IMG/VR virus record: IMGVR_UViG_3300009174_000004 | Location: 31,778-95,777 of that record | Length of the DNA stretch: 64,000 nucleotides | Reading direction: 5' to 3' (one strand) | Source: a virus | Taxonomy: Duplodnaviria; Heunggongvirae; Uroviricota; Caudoviricetes | Shown here: positions 41,139 through 51,994 of the stretch, in pieces | Layout of the letters: every line of letters starts with the position of its first letter | How positions within the stretch are numbered: position 1 is the first letter of the stretch | The notes under the pieces: model-generated | Seen by the model: only the letters and a program-made list of their open reading frames with translations | The model's database searches: none | Told to the model about the DNA's origin: nothing | Made by a program: the position numbers and the translations under genes

Positions 41139-44100
41139 GTGGCGAACTATAACCCGCATGCCCCGCAGAACATTGGCCAGGAGTGGGTTCCGATCAGGGA
41201 CGAGAGCCTGATCTACAACCCCTACGCGAACTCCTTCGAGCGCGGGTACAGCTTCACTCTGACCTCGGCCAAGAACGTCAGCAACGTTCGGGCCTACGTC
41301 AACACGATGCCGAACCAGTTCATCATGGATCGAGCCTTCACAGCCAGCATCTACCCCAAGGGCTTCGAGAACCAGTCGGGTCCTGTGCGCAAGGTAATCA
41401 TCCCTTGCACGGGCGGAATCATTACAGGTGGCGGCCCTTCTCCCTTTACCCTCACCTTTGCCTCTGACATACCAACCGCTCTCTGGAACCCGAGTAGCGA
41501 GCAGGCCCTTACTCTCAGAGTTGGTTTCTCAGACTTCTCTGACACATACATGTTCTTCGGTGTAAGCCAGTATCAGAACCTTCTTCAGAATAAGAGAATT
41601 CTAGGAGTCAACTTCCTCACTAGCATCGACATCGGACAGACCACTGCCAACACCGAAGTCGATCTGCGGCTATACATGGCCAACGACAACACTATTGTCA
41701 GGGCGCCAGGAAACTTTGCAGTCATCTACGAGACCGCAGGAGCCATTCGCTACCCCAGTCTGGTCACCCCCGCAACACCTAGCACGGACGTGCGCTTTGA
41801 CCGCATCAAGCTTGGGGACGTGGCCCGGTTCTTCGGAACTACCGGGTTTAACCCTGCACTAATGAACCTTGAAGTGTGTCAATGGACCTATAACGAGCTA
41901 GCCCGATTCGAGGCCTCCGCTGCCAATAGAATCAACATGGCTTTCAACGTTCCCATTGCTGGATCTGCATTCGGCCTAACGAGCGTCATCATCTCCTATG
42001 CGGCGCTGGAAGTCTTCTACTGCGATGAGGCCAGGGTCGGCTTCGGAACAAGAATAATCCAGGCTGGATATGACTCTGGCTGGCCGGCCAACTACATCAA
42101 CATAGGCGCCATGCCGATCACGGTGAGGACCCCCGCCGGCAACCCGCTGATCCTGCAGCCTGGCGACTACACAGTGACCCTGAGCGAGTCCAACTTCGGT
42201 GACAGTTACAACGGGCTCAGGACTCCTGGTCGGTTCCCGATCTTCAATGAGATTCGTCAGCTATACGAGATTCCGACTGTGCCTGGTGTCGAGATTGCTA
42301 TCCCATTCCCGCTCGGTGACGAGGCCATCAACCAGACGCTTACGTCAACCAGCACCGTGCTCATTCCCCAACTGACACTCCATGCCAGTGGCGCCAGCGG
42401 GACCCTGTTCGAGTCGCACCCATACGGTCGACAGTCAACGGGTCAGGTGTTTGCCTCTGCCCTCAACAACGTGCAGCAACGCATCGACACCACGTTCCTG
42501 GGAACAGGAACAGCCAGCTTCCCGTGGGTTCGGTTCTGGGCTCGTCGGTACGGCGACACCACCGGTCTACTGCGCGTCACAAGCAGCACGTCGACAGCTA
42601 CCATCTCCGTCGCAGACTTTGATGCCCTCGATGAGATTGTGGACGGCTGGAAGGAGGTCACCCTCAGGTTTGACGTTCCCCGAACCTTGACGTTTGGAAC
42701 GGTGCCGAACCTCATCTGGACGCCAGTGCCAGACCAGACCCAAGGCAACAGGTGGGAAATCCTGGGTGCAGCAGCACCAGCCCTGACCGGTACACCGACC
42801 AATCCGATGCTCCAACAGGTGGCTAGCCCTCACACGCTGACCATTGCCACGTACGGACAGCCTGTGTCCGGTGGCACGATCCTAGAGTCCTGGATGCCGT
42901 TGGCGGGTAACCCGTTCGCCACGACAACCACCGACGATCCCACAGCCGATGTTTCGTTCATCTTGGCCCAAGATATGCCGACAGTCAGTGGTTTCGGTGT
43001 CGTCACCACAAGCATGGCCGTCTCCGGTATCGGCCGGAACTGCGGCATTGACCCATGCTGCATCCCCACGGCAATCCTTTATAACCAACTGTCCTGGACC
43101 GGCATGCTGGGCATGTCCGACAACTTTAACCGAACAGTGGTCACCGGAGGCTGGGGAACTTCGTCTTCGGGTCTCGTCTGGGTGCCGATCGCAACGCCCA
43201 ACGACTACAGGGTTGACGGTGATGACGGCATACAGAGCATCACGAGCGCAGGCGCCTACAACACCACCATCGTAACCACCTTCAGACATTCAGACGTGGA
43301 GATATTTTACAATCTGCTGATGCCCATACCGACGGGCGGGCAGCTACTTCAGTCTGTCAGTCTCCGGCGAGTAGATGGCAACAACCTGTACTTCGTCAAC
43401 GTCATCGAGGCCGTTGGTGGAGCGGTGACCCTCGAAATGGGAAATGCGGTTGGAGGCGTCTTCACTGCCACCGCTACCGTGGCAGCCGGGTTTACTGCAT
43501 CGGCAACAGTACCGCTGTCCGTTCGGGTGCAAGCCATTGGAACAACCATCAAGGGAAAGGTCTGGCTATCCAACACGGCTGAACCAACGTCCTGGCTCAT
43601 CACTCAGACTTATACCAACTTCGCCAGCGGCAATAGTTTGAGCATGTACGCCGAATCTGCTGGTGGTAACACCAACCCGCGACCGGTGGAGTTCAAGTAC
43701 GACAACCTGACTGTGACTCCCGTGTCGTTCAACTCCTACGAGATCCAGCGTATGGACACGGTCAACACCACATGGCAGACGATCATGAAGAGCACCGACG
43801 CGGGACAGGTGTCCTTCAAGGACTACGAGGCCAGGGTAGGAATCCTAAGCTCCTACCGCATCCGAGCCCTTGACTTCTACGAGTTCCCAGGTCCATGGTC
43901 TTCGACTGCGAGCGTCACGCTTCCGTCGATTGGTGTATCGGGTGGAAGCTGCCTGCAGAACGGCCACCTCCTGATCTTCACGACGAACGAGATCCAGGAC
44001 GGCTCCAGTAACCTGGCCTACTCGTCGGTCTGGATGGACACCCAGGTCGTGGAAGACTTTGGCTTCGCCGAGGCTGGCTTCGTTCAGATGCAGGCCATGT

Positions 44101-44396
44101 ACAACCGAGACTTCTTCACCGCATTCAGACCCAATGAGCGAGGTGGGGAACGGTTCAGTCGCACCGTCCTTGTCCAAGCTGCTGCCATCTCGCCACCGTC
44201 ACTGGGGGACTTCAGGTCCCTGCGGGATATGGCTTGGGACAACGTGTCCTACATCTGCGTTCGCGACGAAGACGGGAACCGCTGGTTCGCCACGGTCATG
44301 GTTCCATCTGGCCAGGTGCTCAGGGACAGGAGGCTTTATCTGGCACCGGTGGACATCGTCGAGATCACGGACACCCCCAGTGAGGTAGACCCGTGA
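41139..44396 (+). CDS. large minor tail protein (1085 aa)
   Basis: GTG start, position after the tape measure, beta-rich Thr/Ser/Gly/Asn composition typical of tail tip or receptor-binding proteins. Confidence 0.5.
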   Translation: MANYNPHAPQNIGQEWVPIRDESLIYNPYANSFERGYSFTLTSAKNVSNVRAYVNTMPNQFIMDRAFTASIYPKGFENQSGPVRKVIIPCTGGIITGGGPSPFTLTFASDIPTALWNPSSEQALTLRVGFSDFSDTYMFFGVSQYQNLLQNKRILGVNFLTSIDIGQTTANTEVDLRLYMANDNTIVRAPGNFAVIYETAGAIRYPSLVTPATPSTDVRFDRIKLGDVARFFGTTGFNPALMNLEVCQWTYNELARFEASAANRINMAFNVPIAGSAFGLTSVIISYAALEVFYCDEARVGFGTRIIQAGYDSGWPANYINIGAMPITVRTPAGNPLILQPGDYTVTLSESNFGDSYNGLRTPGRFPIFNEIRQLYEIPTVPGVEIAIPFPLGDEAINQTLTSTSTVLIPQLTLHASGASGTLFESHPYGRQSTGQVFASALNNVQQRIDTTFLGTGTASFPWVRFWARRYGDTTGLLRVTSSTSTATISVADFDALDEIVDGWKEVTLRFDVPRTLTFGTVPNLIWTPVPDQTQGNRWEILGAAAPALTGTPTNPMLQQVASPHTLTIATYGQPVSGGTILESWMPLAGNPFATTTTDDPTADVSFILAQDMPTVSGFGVVTTSMAVSGIGRNCGIDPCCIPTAILYNQLSWTGMLGMSDNFNRTVVTGGWGTSSSGLVWVPIATPNDYRVDGDDGIQSITSAGAYNTTIVTTFRHSDVEIFYNLLMPIPTGGQLLQSVSLRRVDGNNLYFVNVIEAVGGAVTLEMGNAVGGVFTATATVAAGFTASATVPLSVRVQAIGTTIKGKVWLSNTAEPTSWLITQTYTNFASGNSLSMYAESAGGNTNPRPVEFKYDNLTVTPVSFNSYEIQRMDTVNTTWQTIMKSTDAGQVSFKDYEARVGILSSYRIRALDFYEFPGPWSSTASVTLPSIGVSGGSCLQNGHLLIFTTNEIQDGSSNLAYSSVWMDTQVVEDFGFAEAGFVQMQAMYNRDFFTAFRPNERGGERFSRTVLVQAAAISPPSLGDFRSLRDMAWDNVSYICVRDEDGNRWFATVMVPSGQVLRDRRLYLAPVDIVEITDTPSEVDP

Positions 44397-45478
44397 CGCT
44401 GACCAACTTTGCGTATGACCCGATTCTGGACCTGGCTCCGTGGGTGGGCCAGCGGCAGGCCACGTTCCGGTTCGACCTCATTAACCGGGTGTCTGGCGCT
44501 CACCTGGGGGAGGTCCATCCGCTGAGGTCTGCGTCACTGAGTCATGACACTGCGGCTGTTATCAAGCGAAGACTGACGGTGGCGTTTGGTGCTGCTGATA
44601 CGGCGGCCATCAATCCCATCACCGACATGATCCAAGTGACCATGGTGTTCGCTGAGGGTCAGGAGTACCCGCTTGGTGAGTACGTGTTCAGTGACGCCAC
44701 GTATCAGCTATTCACGTCGGGCCAACTGTCCAATATGGTCCTCAGTGACATGATGTTCATCGTCGATCAACAGATCGAAACCGCGTTCAGCGCACGGGAT
44801 GATACAAGACCCACGTTCTTTACCAACGGAACTGATATCTCCGTTGCCATCGAAAATCTCCTGAAGGATCAGCCGATTCGACTCGACATCGAGGAGAATG
44901 AGTTCCTAACTGTTGACTCCTGGTCGGCCGGGACCATGCGAGGACAGATCATCGAGGCCCTGTGTCTCACGGGAGACTACTTCAGTCCCTGGTTCGGTAA
45001 CGATGGTGTGCTTCATTTCATCCGAGCCTTCAATCCTGCCCTCAAGATTCCCGACTTCGACTGGGACAACGGCAGGCAGGTCCTACGGTCATCCATAACG
45101 CAGTCCAGCAACGTCCTGACGGCACCCAATCGGTTCACCGTGATCTCGAATGCTCCATCCGACCGCAACGTGCCAACCTTCGGTTCTGCTGACGTTCCGG
45201 TGAACGCACCACATTCCATCCAAAATAGAGGGTTTGTTGTAGCCTCAGTGTCGGATCTCCAGGCACTTACGGGTGAGCAATGTACGGCCATCGCCACCAA
45301 CCTTGTGCAGCGCCAGTCGGTCATCCAGACCTCTACCATCACGACTGCCCCAGACCCTCGCCATGACTCCTACAACGTGATCAAGTGGCAAGGAGATCTG
45401 TGGCTTGAGCTTGGCTGGTCCATGACATTGGTCGAAGGCTCTCCGATGAGTCATACCCTGCGGAAGGCTTATCGATGA
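44393..45478 (+). CDS. minor tail protein (361 aa)
   Basis: GTGA overlap with the upstream stop. Synteny. Confidence 0.45.
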   Translation: MTLTNFAYDPILDLAPWVGQRQATFRFDLINRVSGAHLGEVHPLRSASLSHDTAAVIKRRLTVAFGAADTAAINPITDMIQVTMVFAEGQEYPLGEYVFSDATYQLFTSGQLSNMVLSDMMFIVDQQIETAFSARDDTRPTFFTNGTDISVAIENLLKDQPIRLDIEENEFLTVDSWSAGTMRGQIIEALCLTGDYFSPWFGNDGVLHFIRAFNPALKIPDFDWDNGRQVLRSSITQSSNVLTAPNRFTVISNAPSDRNVPTFGSADVPVNAPHSIQNRGFVVASVSDLQALTGEQCTAIATNLVQRQSVIQTSTITTAPDPRHDSYNVIKWQGDLWLELGWSMTLVEGSPMSHTLRKAYR

Positions 45479-46239
45479 GTGATCCTATTGCCAACACGTC
45501 GTTGGAGCTTCCTGGCGTTATTGCGTCGGCGGTACAGCAGGTTGTCAGCGACTCGCGAGGTCTTGGCCTTACGTGGACACTCCGCATAGCGACAATACTC
45601 ACCACCTCACCGTTGACCATTATCTATGACGGTGATGCAGATACATCCAACGCCGTCTCGATGATCGGTCCCCTGGCGCCACTACAACGCATCTACTGTC
45701 TCATCGTTCCACCCAGCGGCAACTTCGTCGTCGGATGTCTCAACACGACATTGGGGAATATGGGTGCAAACACCTGCACCGTTGGAACGGTAGCAACGAC
45801 GCCTGCAGGTGGGGCTGAGACAGCAGTACCGGCGGGAAGCTGGAACTCGGAACCTACCTACTTCTTTGACCCTAAAGTCATCTACAAGGCCACCGTTAGT
45901 GGGTTCATGATTGAGTCCACCGGCGCCGGAGGTGCTGTGGGCCTTATCCGGATACGTAGGGGATCTGCCTCGACCACGGGCACGGTTCTTGGCCTCGCTG
46001 AGAAGTTCTCACCTGTTGGATTTGGTGGTCTTACTCAAAGCTTCTGCTACGTGATGTACTTCAAAAACAACACAAGCGACGTGGTCAGGACGAAGCTGTC
46101 CTTGACGGTAAACGGTGTCATCGGTGCTGGCACCTGGTCACTGTATGGCACCGCCGCCGATGCCCCATTAGCAGTAGTCGTGGAAAGCGTCGGATCCATT
46201 ACCGCCAATCGCGGCCTGTCCTTCGTTCCCACGTTCTAG
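45475..46239 (+). CDS. minor tail / fibre-like protein (254 aa, Gly/Thr/Ala-rich)
   Basis: ATGA overlap. Composition typical of tail fibre proteins. Confidence 0.4.
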   Translation: MSDPIANTSLELPGVIASAVQQVVSDSRGLGLTWTLRIATILTTSPLTIIYDGDADTSNAVSMIGPLAPLQRIYCLIVPPSGNFVVGCLNTTLGNMGANTCTVGTVATTPAGGAETAVPAGSWNSEPTYFFDPKVIYKATVSGFMIESTGAGGAVGLIRIRRGSASTTGTVLGLAEKFSPVGFGGLTQSFCYVMYFKNNTSDVVRTKLSLTVNGVIGAGTWSLYGTAADAPLAVVVESVGSITANRGLSFVPTF

Positions 46240-46249
46240 GGGGTTGGCG

Positions 46250-47332
46250 TTGAAAGTTCTGGTCATACCCGCCGACACTGCCGGTTGTGGTTACTACCGT
46301 CTGATCTGGGCCTCCGAGCACCTAGCCAGCCAGGGCCACGACATCGAAATCCAGTGGCCCGAAAAGGGTGCTGGCCTAGAGGTCCACATGGAGGGCGACA
46401 CGCCCGTTGACTGCAAGGTGCCCGACGGTGCAGATGTCGTTGTGCTGCAGCGACCATCGCACCTGTGGCATGCCAGCGTCATCTCGATGATGCGGGCCAA
46501 GGGTGTGGCCGTGGTCGTGGACATGGACGACAACCTGACCTGTATCCACCGCCAGAACATGGCCTACCTCAACTATCACCCGAGGTCGAACACGCCGTAC
46601 TCGTGGAAGAACGCCGAGGACGCCTGCCGAGCAGCCAGCATGGTCACCGTGTCCACGCGAGCCCTGATGAAGGTTTACGCCAAGCACGGTCGAGGCATGG
46701 TCATCGACAACTTCGTGCCCCAGTACTTCCTCGAAATCGAGGGTCGGAAAAGTGGGCATTTCGGCTGGCCTGGGACCACCCACTCTCACCCGGTCGACCT
46801 GCAGGCCTGCGGGAAGGCCGTCCAGGAACTCATCGATGACGGGTACAGGTTCCGGGTCATCGGCCCTCCGTCAAAGGTGAAGGAGAAGCTGAAGCTGACC
46901 GAGGAGCCCCAGTTCACTGAGGTCATCTCCACCCCCGTGTGGCCCCACGCCGTAGCGACTCTGGACGTCGTCCTAGCTCCGTTGGAGATATCAACCTTCA
47001 ATGATGCCAAGTCTCGCCTCAAGATCATCGAGGCTTCTGCCGTAGGCACACCCTGGGTAGCCAGCCCCCGCTCCGAGTACCGCCGGTTCTTCGCCGAGTC
47101 GCAGGCCGGGATCCTCGCTGAGCGCCCGAAGGACTGGTATAAGGGGGTGAAGCAACTCATGGATGATCAGGTACTACGCAAGGAACTAGGCGAACGGGGC
47201 CGGGAGTACATGAGGACTCAGACCATCGAGGCCAACTCGTGGCGCTGGCTGGAGGCCTGGACCAAAGCCTACGAGATCGAGCAGGGGAGCAGGAGCAGTG
47301 AAGGAGTTCTCGGACTTACCAACGCAGGGTGA
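46250..47332 (+). CDS. glycosyltransferase (GT-B fold, paralog of 48318..49274)
   Basis: N-terminus KVLVIPADTAGCGYYRL parallels RIFVIATDGAACLHYRL in the paralog. C-terminal GT-B features (E-x7-E-like EASAVGTPWVAS). TTG start. Confidence 0.5.
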   Translation: MKVLVIPADTAGCGYYRLIWASEHLASQGHDIEIQWPEKGAGLEVHMEGDTPVDCKVPDGADVVVLQRPSHLWHASVISMMRAKGVAVVVDMDDNLTCIHRQNMAYLNYHPRSNTPYSWKNAEDACRAASMVTVSTRALMKVYAKHGRGMVIDNFVPQYFLEIEGRKSGHFGWPGTTHSHPVDLQACGKAVQELIDDGYRFRVIGPPSKVKEKLKLTEEPQFTEVISTPVWPHAVATLDVVLAPLEISTFNDAKSRLKIIEASAVGTPWVASPRSEYRRFFAESQAGILAERPKDWYKGVKQLMDDQVLRKELGERGREYMRTQTIEANSWRWLEAWTKAYEIEQGSRSSEGVLGLTNAG

Positions 47333-47678
47333 ATGGGACATCTACGACTGGCAGCAGATCCTAGGCAAGAGCATGGTCTACAACGGCGAGACCGACGGGG
47401 CCTCGGTGAGCCTGGGTCAGGTGTACAAGGTCCACGCCATGCACAAGACCAGTACCGAGGGCTGGGGCCAGGCCGACTACGCCGCCCTGGTTGAACTTCA
47501 GAGCGGGGACTGGGCCACCGTCCATGCCGGCTGCGACACCACCGGCTGGGGATGCCACGGAGACTACATTGATTGGCGCATCTTTATCAGTAAAGACGAG
47601 GCCATCCGTATGGGCCTCACCAACGAGTCTCGGGACTGGCTTGGGCTGGGGCTGGAGACCATCAGTGAACAGGGCTAG
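47298..47678 (+). CDS. hypothetical protein (126 aa)
   Basis: GTG start with GGAG upstream. Globular-like composition. Confidence 0.35.
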   Translation: MKEFSDLPTQGEWDIYDWQQILGKSMVYNGETDGASVSLGQVYKVHAMHKTSTEGWGQADYAALVELQSGDWATVHAGCDTTGWGCHGDYIDWRIFISKDEAIRMGLTNESRDWLGLGLETISEQG

Positions 47679-48321
47679 AGCCGCGCTCATCATCACCCAC
47701 AATCGGCCACGTCTCCTGGCCGACTGCATCAGGGCCATCAGGCCACAGGTGGACGATGTCCTGGTCCTCGACAACGCCTCCGACCCCAAGGCCCACGTAC
47801 CACCGGAGGTCTGGCTGGAGTACATCCCGGACCAGCCGCCTAACCTGGCCCGGTTCTGGAACCACGGCTTCGACTTCTTCGACAAGGTCTATGCCGGCAA
47901 GCCCTATGACCTAGCTGTCCTCTGCGACGACGCCATCGTGCCTGACGGTTGGTTCAATGCCGTCGTTACTGGACTGCGGGACACCAATGCCGCCATCGGC
48001 TGTTCTAACCCATGGGGCATGGAGCATCCACCCATGGTGAAGACGAGCCCTGACTCGAACATCATGGGCCGGATGATTGGTTGGGCCTTCGTCATAGACG
48101 CAACACGCGGGCTGCGCGCCGACGAGTCGATGCAGTGGTGGTTTTTCGACACCGACCTCGACTGGCAGGCGAGGGGGGCTGGTGGCTTCGTCATGGTGGG
48201 TGGCTACCCCGTTCCTAACGTCCACCCAGGGCAGTACACCAGCGAAAGGCCCGAGCTTGGAGAACAAGCCGGCAAGGACCGGGCTGCCTTCGCAGCCAAG
48301 TGGGGCGGAGTTCCCTGGTGA
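47665..48321 (+). CDS. glycosyltransferase family 2
   Basis: N-terminus ALIITHNRPRLLADCIRAIRPQVDDVLVLDNASDP is the GT2 signature. GTG start overlaps the upstream stop. Confidence 0.6.
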   Translation: MNRARAALIITHNRPRLLADCIRAIRPQVDDVLVLDNASDPKAHVPPEVWLEYIPDQPPNLARFWNHGFDFFDKVYAGKPYDLAVLCDDAIVPDGWFNAVVTGLRDTNAAIGCSNPWGMEHPPMVKTSPDSNIMGRMIGWAFVIDATRGLRADESMQWWFFDTDLDWQARGAGGFVMVGGYPVPNVHPGQYTSERPELGEQAGKDRAAFAAKWGGVPW

Positions 48322-49274
48322 AGCGTCGAATCTTCGTCATCGCCACCGACGGGGCCGCCTGCCTGCACTACAGACTCCGGCTCCCGTTGCTGAACCTCAA
48401 CCCAGAAGAGTTCGAGGTCATCTGGGAACCGCCCGATAACCAGTGGCACTCGGGGGACCTGGTCATTGGGCAGCGTATCGCAGGCGATAACCAGGCCTGG
48501 CTGGACATGTGCGAGGCACCAGGACTGACCACGGTCTACGACCTGGACGACAACCTGCTCCGGGTGGACCGGGCCAACTCGGTGCCGTTCAGCATCTACG
48601 ACCCGATCGTGCCTGGAACTTACGCCAACATAGCTGCCTCTACTGTGGTCACTGTGTCCACGCCCAAGCTGGCTGAGGCCATCAAGGCCATCAACCCGAA
48701 CACCTTCGTGCTGCCTAACTGCTTGCCCAGTGACTACATTGCTGCGATCCAGTTCCCCCAGGACCAGATCACGGTGGGCTGGTGCGGCAGCATGTTCCAC
48801 ATTCAGGACTGGGGTGGGGTGGCCCAGCAGCTAGCTATCTACGCCCAGCAGGAGCCGAGGGCCCGGTTCTCCACCATCGGTGCCGACTACATGAACCCGG
48901 TCGTGCCGGCACGAGTGCACCCTTGGACCACTGTGGAAGGAGCCTGGCATGCGATGGATTTCAACATCGGCATTGCTCCGTTGGTTCGGACAACGTTCAA
49001 CGAGCACAAGTCGTGGATCAAGGTCCTCGAATACGCTGCGCGTGGTGTCCCCGCTGTGGCTCCAAGAATCGGGCAATACCCCGAGTTCATCGAGCATGGA
49101 ACCAATGGATTCCTATACGACGTACTTGAGGAGATTCCGCCCCTGTTGCTCGGACTATCGGACGATGGACTGAGGTCCCAGATGGGTGAGGCAGCCATGA
49201 ACACAGCCCTCCAGTACACGATCGACAAGCAGATTGGGCGCTGGGAGACCATCTACCGGGAGGTCTACAAGTGA
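48318..49274 (+). CDS. glycosyltransferase (GT-B fold)
   Basis: Paralog of 46250..47332. GTGA overlap. Confidence 0.5.
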   Translation: MKRRIFVIATDGAACLHYRLRLPLLNLNPEEFEVIWEPPDNQWHSGDLVIGQRIAGDNQAWLDMCEAPGLTTVYDLDDNLLRVDRANSVPFSIYDPIVPGTYANIAASTVVTVSTPKLAEAIKAINPNTFVLPNCLPSDYIAAIQFPQDQITVGWCGSMFHIQDWGGVAQQLAIYAQQEPRARFSTIGADYMNPVVPARVHPWTTVEGAWHAMDFNIGIAPLVRTTFNEHKSWIKVLEYAARGVPAVAPRIGQYPEFIEHGTNGFLYDVLEEIPPLLLGLSDDGLRSQMGEAAMNTALQYTIDKQIGRWETIYREVYK

Positions 49275-50476
49275 GGCGTGAGATCTGCGGCGGCTGCCGC
49301 TCGACGAACCTGACGGAGTGGCTGGATCTCGGCTCCTCGCCTTTGGCTAACGACTATCCAGTTCAGCCGGACCTGACCCTGAAGCAGTACGCCCTGGGGC
49401 TGCTGCGATGCAACCGGTGCTCGCTGGTCCAGTCGACGGAGGTTGTGCCTGACGATGAACTCTGGAACCGCGAGTACGGCTTCTACACCAGCGGCTCGTG
49501 GCAGGTGGTGGAGCAGCAGCGTGCGTACGCTCTGGACGTCCTGGCCAAGCACGAGGCCCTGGCCAGGAAGCTTGTCGTGGAGATCGGCTGCAACGACGGG
49601 ACAATGCTGAGGAACTTCCAGGAAGCCGGATATCAGACCCTGGGCGTGGACCCTGCGCGGGGTCCTACGGCAGTTGCTCGGGGCCACGGCCTGGACGTGG
49701 TCGTTGACCAGTTCAGCCTGGACGTTGCTCGCAGGATCGTCACCAGTCATGGGCGCGCGGGCCTGATCATCGCCAACAATGTCGTCGCCCACGTGGCCGA
49801 CCTCGACGACTTCATCAGTGGCATGGCATTTCTTCTGCGCCCTGAGGGTGTGGCCATTGTGGAGTTCCAGTACGTGGGTGACCTCGTTGCCGGCAACCAG
49901 TTCGACCACGTCTATCACGAGCACCGGTTCTTCTTCAGCCTGCTGTCGCTGGAGCTTGCCCTACGCCGCCATCGCCTGGAGCCGGTCCTGGTGAAGCACA
50001 CCAGCCCGCAGGGCGGCTCGTTGAGAGTGACCATCGCCCACGAGGGTGCCTTGACGCCGGACGCCAGCGTCAGGCAGCTACGGACCAATGAGAAGTGGCT
50101 GACAGAGCCCTACTGCCTGGCCGGTCTTCAGGGCCGTGCCGACTGGATCAGGCACCGTCTGCTGAGCCTGCTCTATGGCCTCAAGGATCAGGGGAAGCTA
50201 GTCGCTGGTTACGGCGCACCAGCCAAGTCAGCTACTCTGCTGAACTTCTGCCACATCGGACCTGACCTTGTTCAGTACATTGTGGACACAACTCCTGCCA
50301 AGCAGGGACGCTACACACCCGGAACCAACATTCCGATCATCAGTCCTGCCTCGGACAGCCGATCGCCGGACGTGTACCTGCTCCTGAACTGGAACTACTT
50401 CCACAGCATCCGGCGCAAGGAGTCGTCCTTCACGGGTGAGTGGCTGGTGCCGATCCCGCTGCCAGAGTTGGCGTAG
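49271..50476 (+). CDS. SAM-dependent C-methyltransferase-like enzyme with an N-terminal zinc ribbon (sugar C-methyltransferase family)
   Basis: CGGCRSTNLTEWLDLGSSPLAN...RCNRCSLVQ zinc ribbon, then class I methyltransferase motif LVVEIGCNDGTML. Architecture of NDP-hexose C-methyltransferases. Confidence 0.55.
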   Translation: MRREICGGCRSTNLTEWLDLGSSPLANDYPVQPDLTLKQYALGLLRCNRCSLVQSTEVVPDDELWNREYGFYTSGSWQVVEQQRAYALDVLAKHEALARKLVVEIGCNDGTMLRNFQEAGYQTLGVDPARGPTAVARGHGLDVVVDQFSLDVARRIVTSHGRAGLIIANNVVAHVADLDDFISGMAFLLRPEGVAIVEFQYVGDLVAGNQFDHVYHEHRFFFSLLSLELALRRHRLEPVLVKHTSPQGGSLRVTIAHEGALTPDASVRQLRTNEKWLTEPYCLAGLQGRADWIRHRLLSLLYGLKDQGKLVAGYGAPAKSATLLNFCHIGPDLVQYIVDTTPAKQGRYTPGTNIPIISPASDSRSPDVYLLLNWNYFHSIRRKESSFTGEWLVPIPLPELA

Positions 50477-50483
50477 GGCTGCC

Positions 50484-51017
50484 ATGATCACGCTCACGTG
50501 GCGCGACGTCGCACCCGGAGAAGGTCCAGCTATCTCCACGTCGCTGACGTACGACGAGACGACCAAGCTCCGCTGGCTTGCTGCTGGTGCAGACGTCCTG
50601 GAGATTGGTTCTGCGTACGGATACAGCGCTGTGGCCATGGCGCTGGCTGGTGCTCGTGTCGTGGCTGTTGATCCACACAACTGGCTCCCCTCACTGGAGC
50701 CGATGCAGGCGAACCTGGCTGCATACGAGGTATCGGATCAGGTGGACATCCGAGTAGCTCGTAGCAACGATGAGATGCCACGGCTGCACTCGGAAGGTCG
50801 CCTGTTCGACCTGGTCTGGATCGACGGAGACCATTCAGCCGAGGCAGTTACTCACGACGTCACCTGGGCCCTGAAGCTCCTGCGTCCAGGTACAGGAATC
50901 TTGGCCTGTCACGACTACGACGAGGCTACCTGTCCTGGCGTACGACAAGCCCTCGATGCCTGGAAGGTCCCTGAGGAACTGGTCGACACTCTCGCAATCT
51001 ACAGAGGACCGGCATGA
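50484..51017 (+). CDS. class I SAM-dependent methyltransferase (O-methyltransferase-like)
   Basis: Motif I VLEIGSAYGYSAVAMALAGARVVAVDP, then the acidic loop DLVWIDGDH. Confidence 0.6.
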   Translation: MITLTWRDVAPGEGPAISTSLTYDETTKLRWLAAGADVLEIGSAYGYSAVAMALAGARVVAVDPHNWLPSLEPMQANLAAYEVSDQVDIRVARSNDEMPRLHSEGRLFDLVWIDGDHSAEAVTHDVTWALKLLRPGTGILACHDYDEATCPGVRQALDAWKVPEELVDTLAIYRGPA

Positions 51018-51994
51018 AAGTAGCTGTCGTCGGTGGGGGAATTTTCGGCTGCACCATTGCCGTAGACCTCGCTCGCGCTGGCGCACAAGTGGACCTCTAT
51101 GAGGCCCGCAACGACGTCCTCCAGGGTGCAACGGCACGGTGTCAGGCGAGGCTGCATTCGGGCTACCACTACCCTCGCAGCGACACTACAGCAGCGTCGG
51201 CACGGGACGCAGCGCCACAGTTCATAGCTCGATACCCGACGGCAATACGTCGGGACCAGCACCACTATGTGATCGCGGCCGACAGCAAGGTCTCGGCGGA
51301 TGAGTACCTGGCATTCTGCGACCGGCTCAGCCTGCCGTACGAGGTGGTGGAGCCGCCGCAGGTGCACCATGCGCAGGTGTGCGTACGGGTGCCTGAGGCG
51401 TTCGTGGATGTGGACATCTTGCGTCGTCTGGTGCGCAGGGACCTGGCCAAGGCTGACGTCGTACTCAACCTCGGCCAGATTGCTGGACCAATCTTCGGCT
51501 ATGACCTGATAGTGCATGCAACGTACGGTCAGCCATGGTCCCGGCCACTGCGGTACGAACTGTGCGAGGTCGCACTGGTTGAGGTTGCCCGCTACCAGGG
51601 GCAATCGTTCGTGGTGCTCGACGGTGACCACGTATCACTGGACCCGTATGGTCGCGTGCACGCCCTCTATGACGTAGTCAATAGCGTCCACGATGTTTCC
51701 GACGATCCGGCCCGCATCATCTACCCGAAGAAACGGGTCAGCCGGTACGAGGTGATGCTGAAGACTGCTGGCCAGCACCTGCGTGGCCTAGAACCGCGCG
51801 GACAGGGCTTGGCCATCTATCACCGGTCGATGTTCGCCATCCGTGCGGTGCTGCCAGACGTGGATGCTACCGACGAGAGGCCGACCCTGATTGAGTGGGA
51901 CGGGAACGTCATCCAGGTCCTGTCGGGGAAGATCTGTACCGCTGTGGCAACCGCCCAGCGTGTGACCGACATGGTGTTCGGGGTGACTGCATGA
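51014..51994 (+). CDS. FAD/NAD(P)-binding oxidoreductase
   Basis: N-terminal Rossmann MKVAVVGGGIFGCTIAVDLARAGAQVDLYEAR (GxGxxG ... E). ATGA overlap. Confidence 0.55.
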   Translation: MKVAVVGGGIFGCTIAVDLARAGAQVDLYEARNDVLQGATARCQARLHSGYHYPRSDTTAASARDAAPQFIARYPTAIRRDQHHYVIAADSKVSADEYLAFCDRLSLPYEVVEPPQVHHAQVCVRVPEAFVDVDILRRLVRRDLAKADVVLNLGQIAGPIFGYDLIVHATYGQPWSRPLRYELCEVALVEVARYQGQSFVVLDGDHVSLDPYGRVHALYDVVNSVHDVSDDPARIIYPKKRVSRYEVMLKTAGQHLRGLEPRGQGLAIYHRSMFAIRAVLPDVDATDERPTLIEWDGNVIQVLSGKICTAVATAQRVTDMVFGVTA